64,000 bases of DNA, taken from the NCBI GenBank assembly GCA_963674745.2, contig CAXXDV010000003.1, positions 640,001 through 704,000 on the forward strand, read 5' to 3'. Source of the stretch: Desulfosudaceae bacterium. GTDB lineage: Bacteria > Desulfobacterota > Desulfobacteria > Desulfobacterales > Desulfosudaceae. The translations under genes were made by a program, and so were the position numbers. How positions within the stretch are numbered: the stretch's first letter is position 1; every line of letters starts with the position of its first letter. The notes under the pieces were generated by a model. The model was given only the letters and a program-made list of their open reading frames with translations, ran no database searches and had not been told where the DNA came from. This document shows, piece after piece, positions 19,716-29,663 of the stretch.

Positions 19716-19746
19716 GGGGCCAAGGGTTCAAGGGTTCAAGGGGTCA
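19716..19746 (+). repeat. 8-bp unit G-rich tandem repeat upstream of rsmI
   Basis: GGGGCCAA GGGTTCAA GGGTTCAA GGGGTCA; same unit family as at 39120 and 59968. Confidence 0.7.
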
Positions 19747-19764
19747 ATTGAAAGGTAGGGGATT

Positions 19765-20613
19765 ATGCCTGAAACCGTATTGTATGTAGTTGCCTGCCCT
19801 GTGGGTAATTTGGAGGATATCACCATAAGGGCTTTGAATGTATTGGGCCGGGTGGATATCATTGCCGCCGAAGATACCCGGGAGGCCCGCCGGTTGTTGT
19901 CTTACCATAAAATTGAGGCCGGCGGCCGGCTGGTATCCTGCCATGAACATAACGAACAGGGACGCCTGGCTGATTTGATTGTCCGCTTGCAGCATGGCGA
20001 GTCACTGGCCCTGATAACCGATGCCGGCACGCCCACCGTGTCCGACCCCGGTTTCCCCCTGGTCAGAAAAGCCATTGAAGAGGGTATTCCGGTGATCCCG
20101 GTCCCGGGCCCGTCCGCCGTAACCGCCGCCCTGGCCGTCAGTGGCCTGCCGACAGATTCTTTCTTTTTTGAGGGTTTTTTGCCGAAAAAACCGGGCAAAC
20201 GGGGAAAACGTCTGGAAGTCCTGGCTGATATCCCGGCCACCCTGGTGTTTTTTGAGTCACCCCGGAGAATTACCGAAACGCTGAGGGAAATGGTGAATTG
20301 TCTGGGTGACAGGGCAGGGGTGGTTTGCCGGGAAATGACCAAGCCGTACGAAGAATTCGTGCGCGGGCGGTTAACGGAAATTCTGCAGGTGTTGGAACAG
20401 CGTCCGTCCGTCAAGGGAGAGATTACCCTGGTGGTGGCGGGAAATACGGAAAAAACCCCCGGGTTTGATCTGGAGGACATCCGCCGGGAAGTTGAAAACG
20501 CCGACTGCGGTGCCTCGGAGCTGGCCTCAAGATTGTCCGCCAGGTACGGTGTCGCTAAAAAAAAGGTGTATAAAGAAATCCTGCGGGTCAAAAAAGAGAT
20601 GGAAGACACCTGA
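19765..20613 (+). CDS. rsmI: 16S rRNA (cytidine1402-2'-O)-methyltransferase
   Basis: PVGNLEDIT, AAEDTR, HEHNE, DAGTPTVSDPG, FEGFLP, FESPRR, REMTK.YEE, KGEI. Confidence 0.97.
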   Translation: MPETVLYVVACPVGNLEDITIRALNVLGRVDIIAAEDTREARRLLSYHKIEAGGRLVSCHEHNEQGRLADLIVRLQHGESLALITDAGTPTVSDPGFPLVRKAIEEGIPVIPVPGPSAVTAALAVSGLPTDSFFFEGFLPKKPGKRGKRLEVLADIPATLVFFESPRRITETLREMVNCLGDRAGVVCREMTKPYEEFVRGRLTEILQVLEQRPSVKGEITLVVAGNTEKTPGFDLEDIRREVENADCGASELASRLSARYGVAKKKVYKEILRVKKEMEDT

Positions 20614-20660
20614 TCTCCGGCGGGGTATCATTTCCTTAAAACAAATCAGGGAATAAAAAG

Positions 20661-22370
20661 ATGACAGAAGCACAGGTAATTTATGATGACAGTTCTCGTT
20701 CGCTGATCCGGGCCGAAAGGGGAACGCTGGAAACGGTCAAAGGGATTCATATTGTTCGTCTTAAAGGGTCAGACTATGAGATGGGACGACAGCACGGTCT
20801 GCTGGCGGCCGAGGTGTGCGGCGACATTGTTCCCGAATATTTCGATTCATTTCTTAAAACCCTGGTGGCACATGTCGTCCCGCCCCTGGCCGGCCCTGGA
20901 GCAGCCATGCTCAAATCCCTTTTCTATTATTTAAACCGGAAGCGGATCGGCAGCCAATTGCCTGATCACACCCGGGGTATGTGCGATTCCCAGGGGTTTA
21001 AGGCCCGTCATTACGCCAAAATGCTGCTGGTGCCGGACATTCTTCATTACCTGATCGGCAAATCAATGCCCATGTTTGTCTCGTCCCTGTCGTGCAGCGG
21101 TTTCATGGTCAGAGACAACGCCACGGCCGACGGGCGGCTGCTGGTGGGCCGAAATTTTGATTTTTACGGTAAGGGCATATGGAACACCAACAGCGCCCTG
21201 ATCATTTTTGAGCCGGAAGGAAAACAGAAATACTGCTGGATGGGTTCCCTGGGGCTGCCGGCCAGTGGTCAGGCCATGAACGAAAGCGGCCTGATTGTCT
21301 CTCTGCATACAAAATTTACCAGGGACGTCCGGCTCAGAGGGGTTCCCCTGTACTCGCTTTTTGTCAATATCCTGGAATCCTGTACCTGCCTGGAAGAGGC
21401 GATCAACCTTATCAAGGCCCAACCGAGAATCTGTGGGTTATCCATGTTTATCGTGGATACCCGGGCCAGGGATGCCGCGGTGGTAGGCTTTTCGGCCGGT
21501 AAGCAGGAAGTGATGCGGCCGGAAGATGACGTCCTGATCCGGACCAATCATTATCTTACGCCGGAAATGAAGGCCGGAGAAACGGTGCCCCTGCAGTTCA
21601 GGCTGAACACGGAAGGCCGGTATAACCGGATCAGGCAGCTAATAACGGAAAAATACGGAAAACTGACACCGGATGACATACCGCCGGTGTTGGCGGACCG
21701 GACCGATTTCTGGGAAAACCGGAAATGCCTGGCCGGCAATATCGTCTGTGCCACCAATAATGCCTATTCGGCGGTATTCTCACCGGAGGACGACGCCCTC
21801 TGGGTGGCCCGCGGGCCGTTCCCGGTATGCGCCGGCGAAACGTTTACAGGGTTTAATATCTCAGCCCTGTTTGACGGTGACAGGGATCGTTACGCCATCG
21901 ATGACCTGAAAGGCGGGGCCGATTATACGCCGGATGAACACAAGGCATTGATGTTATACGAAGATGCCTGGGAGGCCCATTTTGATGATCTTAGGGACGA
22001 CAAAGCGATCTTTTATCTGCGCCGGGCCATGAACCTGGCACCACACGAACCGATCATCCCCAAAATGGCGGGTTTTTTACTGCTGCGCAAAAAGAAATTC
22101 ATCCAGGCGCTGCCTTTTTTTGAAAAAAATGCGGCCTTTGCTCAACACAGCGATCTTATGCGTGCCGAGGCGCTGATCTGGCTTGGCCGTTGCCTGGATC
22201 TGATGAACAGGCGGAAGGAAGCCCTGGCGGCATATAAAGAATGCGTCGATCTTCAATCCCGGCCCATATCCGCCGCCGCCCGCCGTCACCTGGACCGGCC
22301 TTACAGGCCGCGGGAACTTTCAAAAATAACGCCGGAGTTTATCGTGGGTAATGTGTTTGCCAGATATTGA
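20661..22370 (+). CDS. C45/AAT family Ntn-hydrolase with C-terminal TPR repeats
   Basis: GSDYEMGRQHG; putative nucleophile SCSGF; LVGRNFDF, MNESGL, RTNHY; TPR-like C-terminus (ALIWLGRCLDLMNRRKEALAAY). Confidence 0.82.
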   Translation: MTEAQVIYDDSSRSLIRAERGTLETVKGIHIVRLKGSDYEMGRQHGLLAAEVCGDIVPEYFDSFLKTLVAHVVPPLAGPGAAMLKSLFYYLNRKRIGSQLPDHTRGMCDSQGFKARHYAKMLLVPDILHYLIGKSMPMFVSSLSCSGFMVRDNATADGRLLVGRNFDFYGKGIWNTNSALIIFEPEGKQKYCWMGSLGLPASGQAMNESGLIVSLHTKFTRDVRLRGVPLYSLFVNILESCTCLEEAINLIKAQPRICGLSMFIVDTRARDAAVVGFSAGKQEVMRPEDDVLIRTNHYLTPEMKAGETVPLQFRLNTEGRYNRIRQLITEKYGKLTPDDIPPVLADRTDFWENRKCLAGNIVCATNNAYSAVFSPEDDALWVARGPFPVCAGETFTGFNISALFDGDRDRYAIDDLKGGADYTPDEHKALMLYEDAWEAHFDDLRDDKAIFYLRRAMNLAPHEPIIPKMAGFLLLRKKKFIQALPFFEKNAAFAQHSDLMRAEALIWLGRCLDLMNRRKEALAAYKECVDLQSRPISAAARRHLDRPYRPRELSKITPEFIVGNVFARY

Positions 22371-22540
22371 CATGCATAAAATTCAATCCTGGCGGCAAAC
22401 TCGGCTCGCCCAAAGGGTGAAATTTTCTGATATAAAATTGACCGGATTACGTCAAATATAAATTACAGTTTGTTTTTTGTTAAAACGGATAGATCCAGTC
22501 ATAACAGATTGAAATATGACTATAATATGCCCAATATCAA

Positions 22541-22566
22541 AATTTTTCATGAAATATCCGGGCTAG
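22541..22566 (-). mobile_element. Solo terminal sequence of a probable IS/MITE family
   Basis: Minus strand CTAGCCCGGATATTTCATGAAAAATT resembles TAGCCCGGATATATCAAGAATT (46932) and TAGCCGGATATGTCACGAGTT (53521). Confidence 0.45.
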
Positions 22567-22591
22567 CCGCCTGGGAACATAATGTACAGGT

Positions 22592-23233
22592 TTACAGCAG
22601 ATCGGTTCCGTCTCCCGGTACCGCGCGGATTCCCCGAAGGATAATTTTAATGGATTTGTCACTGATCCTCTTCAGGCTTTCGGTGGCAAACAGGGCTTGG
22701 CCGGCGCCTTTGGCCAGCATGATATTCCCTGTGGCAGCGCCCAGAAAGACGCCGGCCGCCTCCCAGGGGTCAATAGGGATGACAATGCCGGCCTCAATCG
22801 CCCGGCGGGCGACCTTTGCGGCTTCTTCCAGACAGGCTTGAGACAGTTTTGCCAGTTTCTGCTGAACTTCTGCCGAAGTGTTGGCAACCAGTTCGGGGGT
22901 GGCTTCGGAAAAAGCCATCTTGAAATACGATTCGTATTGTGACGAAAAGTCATAATAAACCTTGAAAAAGGCGACGATGGCCTCCTCAACCTCGAGTCGT
23001 TCATGGGGGATCTGCAGCAGCTTGTCCAGTAAAATGGCCGTGCCTTCTACGACCAGGTTGAGAAACAGATCATCCTTGTTGCGATAGTCCAGGTATATCG
23101 ACTTTTTGCTGTACCCGGCTTGGCGGGCGATCATTTCCATGGATGTTCCCCGGTAACCATATTTAAAAAACAGGTCACGCGCGGCATTGTAGATTTTTAT
23201 TTTTCTCGCCTGAGGATCCCTTTTTTCAGCCAT
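22592..23233 (-). CDS. TetR/AcrR family transcriptional regulator
   Basis: ARDLFFKYGYRGTSMEMIARQAGYSKKSIYLDYRNKDDLF; likely start ATG 23233. Confidence 0.92.
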   Translation of the reverse strand: MAEKRDPQARKIKIYNAARDLFFKYGYRGTSMEMIARQAGYSKKSIYLDYRNKDDLFLNLVVEGTAILLDKLLQIPHERLEVEEAIVAFFKVYYDFSSQYESYFKMAFSEATPELVANTSAEVQQKLAKLSQACLEEAAKVARRAIEAGIVIPIDPWEAAGVFLGAATGNIMLAKGAGQALFATESLKRISDKSIKIILRGIRAVPGDGTDLL

Positions 23234-23342
23234 ATTTTTTCCGCCCGAATACCCCATGAAACAACGCTGGATGCCGTCGTCAAAGAAATGCGGACTCGAA
23301 TTGCGGCGCGCCGTCCAGGGCGTAATACGCCCCCATAACAAT

Positions 23343-24506
23343 CTATTCGAGTGTTTTAATGATATTTAAAAACCGGTCCACCCAAACCGGGTTTAAACCC
23401 TTGTTGCGTCTGGCAACCAGTTCCCTGATTGCCTGCGCAATGGCTTTCATATTAAAGGCACTTTTTTCGTGTATTAACGATTGATCAAATAAATCAGCAA
23501 TCCCTACCAGCTGGGCAAAGGGGTGCGGTTCTTTGGCGCGCATATTTTCAGGGTAACCGTCACCGTTCAAAAATCGGTGATGTTCATAAGCAACAATTGC
23601 CGGCAAGGGGGCTTCGGACGCATTTTTTAGCAGCCTTTGCGCACCTGAAAAGGGATGCGTCTCGACAAGCTGCGTCATTTCTTTTGTCGGCGATTGCTGT
23701 GATAATACATCCGAAGGAACGTCCAGCTTGCCCAGATCATGACTTAACGACGCTTTTATAATATCCAGCACATGCTCAGGCGGCATTTTCAGCTCAACGG
23801 CCATTCGGGCCGTGAGATAGGCAACGCGAAGCGAATGATGAAAACTGGCGGCGTCATAATTTTTGATGTCAACCAAGGGGGCAAACAAGGTGACAAACCG
23901 GTTCCAGTCATATATCAGATTCAGAAGCGCATTTGTTGTCTGTTTTTTTAAAATCCGGGCCTCTTTTTTTTCCTCAGATTCTTCTTCGTCAGGTTTTGGC
24001 TCACCATCCTCCTCAGCGTCAATGCCAAGAACGTCTGCAATATTTTCATTGTTGAATTTTTCTTCTTTGCTTGACGTTACAGATATTATTTCCCCGAGGC
24101 GAATATGCGTCGTCGATCTGGCCATTTTCTGATCGACAGGTTCACCGTTGGTGTCCAGACCGATGAGATAAAAAATGAACTGACGGAGTTCATCGGAAGT
24201 TACGCCTTTGTATATGCGAAGGACTTGAATACTAATTTTTTTCATGAATTCGCCCAACTTGTCAAAATGAACACCCGCTTTCCGCATGGAGCGACCATTG
24301 AAAATAATCTCTTTCTCAATGCCGATCAAAGAAATCGGATTTATTTGCGCAAAAACCTTTGAGGTTACGTTATCAAACTGTTTCAGTGACGTCAGTACCT
24401 GGGGATGATGAGGAGAATAGATCAGGCTGTTATGAAACACTGACATAAAAGCCGCCACAGTACCCTGAACAAGGTCTTCCAGCGTTTCTTGTTGATCAAT
24501 ACCCAT
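23343..24506 (-). CDS. HD-GYP domain protein
   Basis: HSLRVA, HDLGK, HP, EHH...NGDGYP, IADLFD. Confidence 0.88.
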   Translation of the reverse strand: MGIDQQETLEDLVQGTVAAFMSVFHNSLIYSPHHPQVLTSLKQFDNVTSKVFAQINPISLIGIEKEIIFNGRSMRKAGVHFDKLGEFMKKISIQVLRIYKGVTSDELRQFIFYLIGLDTNGEPVDQKMARSTTHIRLGEIISVTSSKEEKFNNENIADVLGIDAEEDGEPKPDEEESEEKKEARILKKQTTNALLNLIYDWNRFVTLFAPLVDIKNYDAASFHHSLRVAYLTARMAVELKMPPEHVLDIIKASLSHDLGKLDVPSDVLSQQSPTKEMTQLVETHPFSGAQRLLKNASEAPLPAIVAYEHHRFLNGDGYPENMRAKEPHPFAQLVGIADLFDQSLIHEKSAFNMKAIAQAIRELVARRNKGLNPVWVDRFLNIIKTLE

Positions 24507-24521
24507 TGTGTTTCCTTAGAA

Positions 24522-26654
24522 TTATTTTTTTGCCATGCGTTGACAGATTTTTACGATGTTATCATTCTTGCTATCCGCACCATAAATAAGGAATGCTTTC
24601 GTTTTTTTAGCTGGATATCCCTTTAAACTGCGAAAGATTTCTGTTTTGAGCGTTTCAAAGGCCTTGGCCCGGAAAAAATGACGAATTTTAACAAACTCCA
24701 GCAGAACATCAAGTACTTCCGGGTTGCCAACAGCGGACATGGCTCTTACGGCCTTAATTTTTCGTTCCAGATCGATTTTGCGCCAAAAGGGGCCGTCATT
24801 GCCAATGACGATATTCAACAGCGCGGCCAGGACGTCGGTGGAATCGTCTGCCATTGCAATATCTATGGTACCCATCGAGATGTCCCGGTCAGGACTTTCC
24901 AGATGTTCGACCAGAATCTGCGAGGAGTTCGGGGCATCCATTGTTACCAGGGTTTTTAGTGCGGCAAGTTTTATGGAAAGGTTATCGTTATTCAAAAGCC
25001 GGTTTATTTCTTTATTCAGTCCTTCATCGCCCAGATCAGGAACTATTTTGAGTAATTCTGTGATTTCGTCGGGTACTGCCCGGCGGAGTCTGCGTTTAAT
25101 ATCCAGGACATAATGCTTTTTGTTTAGCTTGATCAGCTTTATCAAAGCTTTTTGTTCATTCTTATCCTGGCTGCGTAAATAAGATTCAATAATCGCATCT
25201 GACGTAAATTCAGTGCTTAACTCTAAAAGTTTAATAAACGTTTTTACGGCGGGTTTGTCTCTGTCGCTGTATAGTGTGGTAAAAATCCCGGGAAGATCAA
25301 GCGGCAACAGCAGATGTTGGATAATCGTTTTCTTTTTTATGGTCTTCAATTCCGCTTCCGAATCGTTTTCTCCGGGTTCACGGTCTGAGGCAGGACTAAC
25401 ATGAAGACGTTTGATCTGTCTGAGAACTTCATTAAGCGCATAGTTCAATTCGTTCAAATTATCTTCCGGCTCAATGGATTTCAGTGTTTTAAGGAGCACG
25501 GCGCAATGATTTTGAACTTTATCAATAAACGTTTCCCGTCCCAGAAAATCAAGCAGCAACAGCATCATGTGCTTCCGGTTTTCCCTTGCCAGGGTATCCG
25601 TGTCCGGCAGCGTGGCCTTTTGTTCGGGCCGTGGGAATTTTTTTAATAATTCATCTATCTTGCTTCGCAACTGGGTCATCCGCAAAACCGGCTGGGGAAG
25701 GTTGTCGGAGAGAAGAACCTTGATATCACTTACTGCGACAACACTTTCGTTATTCGACTTGTTTTTTGTTGGCAGGACTTCCTGGCCCTCCTGGTCACTG
25801 CATACGGCGGATAAAACGTTAAGTAGTCGCAAAATATATGGGTGGAGATGATCTTCTCCACTATTGACGTCATTGATTACACTCAAAACATCCCTGGCCG
25901 GTGGTTGGGTGAACATTTCCTCGTCCATTAACGGTTTACGATCTTTTAGCTTAAGTGGTTTGGCCAGTAGTGCCGTTCTTAAGTCGGGCCGTACGTTCTC
26001 TACAAGAGCTTTAAAAACTTTCAAGGCGTCTAGATACTCCTGGGATTCTTCAGGCTCCCCCTCCCCGGCAGCTTCGGACCGCATCAGCTCCTGAAGATAA
26101 TCTGACCATGAAGATTCGCTTTCGGAACTTTTTTCCAGGAGTATTTCTTCGATATCCTCAAATTCAGCCGTGTTCCAGTTGAGAAAAACCGCTTCAATAT
26201 GGGGCAGGTCGGCGTTTTCTATGAGCTGGTTCAAATTTTCAAAAGAGGAATCCTCCTGGTCATTGCTGATGATTTCTGAGAATCTCTGGATCTCCTCAAT
26301 GGCGATGCCGGGTTTAAGTGTCAATGAATAGATTGAAAAGGCATGTAAATCCTCGGCAAGATCACCGAAAGCAGGATTTTTGGACGGCAGGTTCGTCCCG
26401 GAGAACATGAGACTGTCAGCGGAAACGCCAATCGTGATCGCGTCGTTTTCGGCAAAGTATGTGTCAAGTGTAATCTTGGTCTTTTCAAGTGTGCTTTTCA
26501 GTTGGGGGTGGCCACTCGGATACATACGAATATTTTTTCCGACTACGCTGATCTGCAATAAGACTTCGCCGACTTTCGCGAGCGTGTCGGCACCTACTCG
26601 CTTTCCTGTTGCAGGCTTATTTTCCTGAGAATCGGAACCGGATTTTTCGACCAT
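24522..26654 (-). CDS. HEAT-repeat domain protein
   Basis: N-terminal MYPSGHP domain, acidic linker, C-terminal HEAT-like helical repeats (IKLAALKTL, KAVRAMSAVGN). Confidence 0.72.
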   Translation of the reverse strand: MVEKSGSDSQENKPATGKRVGADTLAKVGEVLLQISVVGKNIRMYPSGHPQLKSTLEKTKITLDTYFAENDAITIGVSADSLMFSGTNLPSKNPAFGDLAEDLHAFSIYSLTLKPGIAIEEIQRFSEIISNDQEDSSFENLNQLIENADLPHIEAVFLNWNTAEFEDIEEILLEKSSESESSWSDYLQELMRSEAAGEGEPEESQEYLDALKVFKALVENVRPDLRTALLAKPLKLKDRKPLMDEEMFTQPPARDVLSVINDVNSGEDHLHPYILRLLNVLSAVCSDQEGQEVLPTKNKSNNESVVAVSDIKVLLSDNLPQPVLRMTQLRSKIDELLKKFPRPEQKATLPDTDTLARENRKHMMLLLLDFLGRETFIDKVQNHCAVLLKTLKSIEPEDNLNELNYALNEVLRQIKRLHVSPASDREPGENDSEAELKTIKKKTIIQHLLLPLDLPGIFTTLYSDRDKPAVKTFIKLLELSTEFTSDAIIESYLRSQDKNEQKALIKLIKLNKKHYVLDIKRRLRRAVPDEITELLKIVPDLGDEGLNKEINRLLNNDNLSIKLAALKTLVTMDAPNSSQILVEHLESPDRDISMGTIDIAMADDSTDVLAALLNIVIGNDGPFWRKIDLERKIKAVRAMSAVGNPEVLDVLLEFVKIRHFFRAKAFETLKTEIFRSLKGYPAKKTKAFLIYGADSKNDNIVKICQRMAKK

Positions 26655-26699
26655 AATTGTATCTGTCTCCGTGTTTTAAAAAAAGTGCGGTAACCGTCA

Positions 26700-29663
26700 T
26701 CAATGCCGGTGCTCCGTGCGTTCGATCAGTTCGATCTGCATGTTTCGGTTGAGTTTGACGAAGTAAGCATTATAGCCCGAGATCCGCACCAGCAGCCAGC
26801 GGTAATCATCCGGGTTTTCCATGGCGTCTTTCATCATGTCGGTGGTGACGACATTAAATTGCCACTGCATGCCGCCCATATCAAAATAACCGCTCAGATA
26901 GCTGGTAAACAGGTCCAGGGTGGCGGCGTGGGAATCGTTGCCGTGGGGCACGAGTTTTACGTTAAAGGCGATATTGTTGGGCATTTTCAAATGGTCCAGT
27001 CCGGCCACGGCGCGAAGGCCGGGCAGCAGCTGCTCGGAAGCACCCGGCGCCGGCGTCAGGCCCGGGGTAAAGGCCTTGCCTTTTTTCCGGCCCGAGGGCA
27101 GGGCTCCGGAAAGCATGCCGAACCCGACATGGTAGCTGATGGACCAGTAGCCGGGCACATATTTCCCGCCCCGGTAATTCTCCCGGGTGTTATAAACATC
27201 ATAGCTGTAATCGATCAGGTCCCGGGCAATGGCATTGGTTTCGGCGGTGTCCGAGCCGAATTTGGGAGCCTGCCGGATTTTTTCCAGCAGCATTTCATGG
27301 CCTTCAAAATCATGCGCCAGAGCGGTCATCAAGGTCGGGAAGTCAACGGCCTGTTCTTCATAAACCAGTTTTTTGATCACCATCAGGCTGTCAACCACAT
27401 CCGTGATGGAAACCAGGGCCACGCCCGAGGAGTTGTATACGGCACCGCCGTATATGAGGTCTTTGCCCTTTTCCATGGGGCCGGTAGTGAGCGATGATAA
27501 CAGCGGGGTGGGATGAATGTACTGATGGGCGTATCCCAGATAGTTGTTTATTTCGATGGACTTTTCCGCCAGGTACTGGAACTGGGTTTTGTAAGCGGCC
27601 ACAAAATCATCAAAGGCGGGAAAGGCGGTCCTGACATCTCCTGTTTCAGGTCCGATTTTTTCGCCCATGACCGGATGGATTCCGTTGTTCAAGGCCATCT
27701 CCAGGGGCGCCACCATGTTCAGCAGCATGCAGTTGGTGTGGCCGTAATGTTTTCCAGCGATGGTCGGTTCCACGCATCCGGTGGCGGCCCAGTCCCGGGC
27801 GTCTTCGATCCGGATGCCCTGGTTGACCAGGGACTCGATCATGGCTTTGTCGTTATGAATAATCGGAGAGGCCCCCATGTTGATGTTTACTTCGCACAGT
27901 CGTCTTAAATAGGCTTTGGAATTGACGCCGGGATAATAACGGGCGTTCATGTTCGGGTCTTGAAAACCCATCATCTCATTGGCTTTTAAGACGATATAGG
28001 TCATGTCGCAGACCGCGTTCTCGCCTTGGGCATCGACGCCGCCCACCGTTACGGTATCATCCGAGGAACTGCCACCGAACAGTTTGTTGCCCACGTCCGG
28101 CACAAAAGGGTCATGGTCGTTCAGGCGCAGAAAGAGGGATGCCACCAGTTCGATGGCTTCTTTAATCACCGCCTGTTTTTCAGCGTCGGTTGTTGCTTTT
28201 TCCATATCCCGGACAAACAGGGGCTGCAACAGTTGATCCAGCCGGCCGATGGACAGGGCCGAATCGGCGTTTTCAGCATGCAGGCAGACAAAACAGATCC
28301 ACACTGCCACAAGACCTTCGTAAACGGTTCGGGCGGGTTTGAGTGGGACCCGTTGGCAGATTTCGGCAATACGGGTTAATTCTTCGATTCGCCGGGCCTG
28401 CTCCGGTATATTTTTGTCCAGCGTGGAGATCTGGCTTAACGCTTCTTCCCGCAAATGCCGGGTATATTCCAAAATGCCGTCAACACAGAGTTGAATCGAC
28501 TTGTAAAAAGCCATAACGGCCGGATCATCACCCTGGTTTTCTTTTTCTTTTGCCTCAATCTTAATTCTTTCAAGCCCTTTTTCGATGACCAGCTTAAAGT
28601 CGGGTACGGTGTGGGAGATGGCATTGTTCTTCATCATAAAATAAAGCACGAACCGTTCTTCCAGTTGCTGTGAAACCGGGTTGTTGAATTTTTTTCGGCA
28701 ATATTCCCTGACATTGCGGTCCATCCAGAAAGGAAAAACATCGAAATTCAACGCTTCGGCATCTTCCGGACTGATATCGTTGGGGTTCAATCCCCGTTGA
28801 CCGATGCTTTTCAATTCCGGCCAGAGCAGGGTGCCGATCAGCTCCGGATAAATGGGCACACCGATTTCTTTGGTGGTGGTCGAACCCGGTATCAGGTGGC
28901 GGTCATGGATGATCGGTCGTTTATGGCTCAGTATGTAATGCATGGCCCGGGCCTGGCGGAGGTCCGGGTCTACGGGGTTGCCGTCAGCATCGTTCTCGAA
29001 TCCGTTTTGCCGGTGATACTCGGTCAAAAGCCGGGCCCGTTCGGCGCAGATGGCCGGTTTTAAGGCAAACCGCCTGTTTTTCAGATATTTCAAGCGGGGA
29101 AAATCATCGAGGGAAAAACGCCCCAGGTAAGGATCATCCAGAAACCGGACCTGGTCCACTTTTTCGGTCAGAATTTCGTTTTGATGTTTTCGTTTTTTCG
29201 GTTGTGTGTCGACATCTTCGACCGGGTAGAGCAGGCTGTTTTCCGGGCCGGTGTAGGTGGTTTTTTTGCCGGGTTTAACCAGCGTGCCCAGGTAGGAGAA
29301 CTTGGTCAGGTAGGCGATGTTGCCGGTATACGACATTTCATTGGTCAGCAGGTAGTCAAGAGACTCTTCAGGGCTTTTGCTGTATATCCTGGCCAGGGTC
29401 TCCTTGTTTTTATAAAAAATGGTCACATCGGGATTGTCGATGGTGCCGAACCCGGATTTCATTTTACCGTCGGCGAACACGACAAAGACATTGACCGTGT
29501 TGTCCCGGGTTTTGAACTGGTAACGGGCATTAAAAATAAAGCCGGTGTCCGGGTTGTTGATCTCTTTACGAATGTTGCCGCTGATTTTAAACAGCAGCCC
29601 CAGCAGTTTTAAAGAGATTAAAAACAGGTAAATGGACACATCGGTTTTAATTTTTCTAATCAT
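26700..29663 (-). CDS. Glycyl radical enzyme (eliminase/PFL2-like) with N-terminal SCP2-like domain
   Basis: Gly loop LLVRISGYNAYF; Cys loop ATGCVEP; GRLDQ, PKFG, ALPSGRK, QFNVV. The N-terminal ~130 aa have an SCP2-like pattern (YQFKT...VVFADGKMK..G....PDVTIFY...SYTGN). Confidence 0.9.
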   Translation of the reverse strand: MIRKIKTDVSIYLFLISLKLLGLLFKISGNIRKEINNPDTGFIFNARYQFKTRDNTVNVFVVFADGKMKSGFGTIDNPDVTIFYKNKETLARIYSKSPEESLDYLLTNEMSYTGNIAYLTKFSYLGTLVKPGKKTTYTGPENSLLYPVEDVDTQPKKRKHQNEILTEKVDQVRFLDDPYLGRFSLDDFPRLKYLKNRRFALKPAICAERARLLTEYHRQNGFENDADGNPVDPDLRQARAMHYILSHKRPIIHDRHLIPGSTTTKEIGVPIYPELIGTLLWPELKSIGQRGLNPNDISPEDAEALNFDVFPFWMDRNVREYCRKKFNNPVSQQLEERFVLYFMMKNNAISHTVPDFKLVIEKGLERIKIEAKEKENQGDDPAVMAFYKSIQLCVDGILEYTRHLREEALSQISTLDKNIPEQARRIEELTRIAEICQRVPLKPARTVYEGLVAVWICFVCLHAENADSALSIGRLDQLLQPLFVRDMEKATTDAEKQAVIKEAIELVASLFLRLNDHDPFVPDVGNKLFGGSSSDDTVTVGGVDAQGENAVCDMTYIVLKANEMMGFQDPNMNARYYPGVNSKAYLRRLCEVNINMGASPIIHNDKAMIESLVNQGIRIEDARDWAATGCVEPTIAGKHYGHTNCMLLNMVAPLEMALNNGIHPVMGEKIGPETGDVRTAFPAFDDFVAAYKTQFQYLAEKSIEINNYLGYAHQYIHPTPLLSSLTTGPMEKGKDLIYGGAVYNSSGVALVSITDVVDSLMVIKKLVYEEQAVDFPTLMTALAHDFEGHEMLLEKIRQAPKFGSDTAETNAIARDLIDYSYDVYNTRENYRGGKYVPGYWSISYHVGFGMLSGALPSGRKKGKAFTPGLTPAPGASEQLLPGLRAVAGLDHLKMPNNIAFNVKLVPHGNDSHAATLDLFTSYLSGYFDMGGMQWQFNVVTTDMMKDAMENPDDYRWLLVRISGYNAYFVKLNRNMQIELIERTEHRH

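Noticed and set aside
22380..22440. c-di-GMP riboswitch-like GGCAAAC sequence
   Set aside because: It lacks the GNRA/receptor and second stem pattern, and lies between convergent genes.
26700..29663. Pyruvate formate-lyase or fumarate-adding (benzyl/alkylsuccinate synthase) assignment
   Set aside because: It has a single Cys in GCVEP rather than the PFL Cys-Cys pair, and there are no small Bss/Ass-type subunit genes adjacent.
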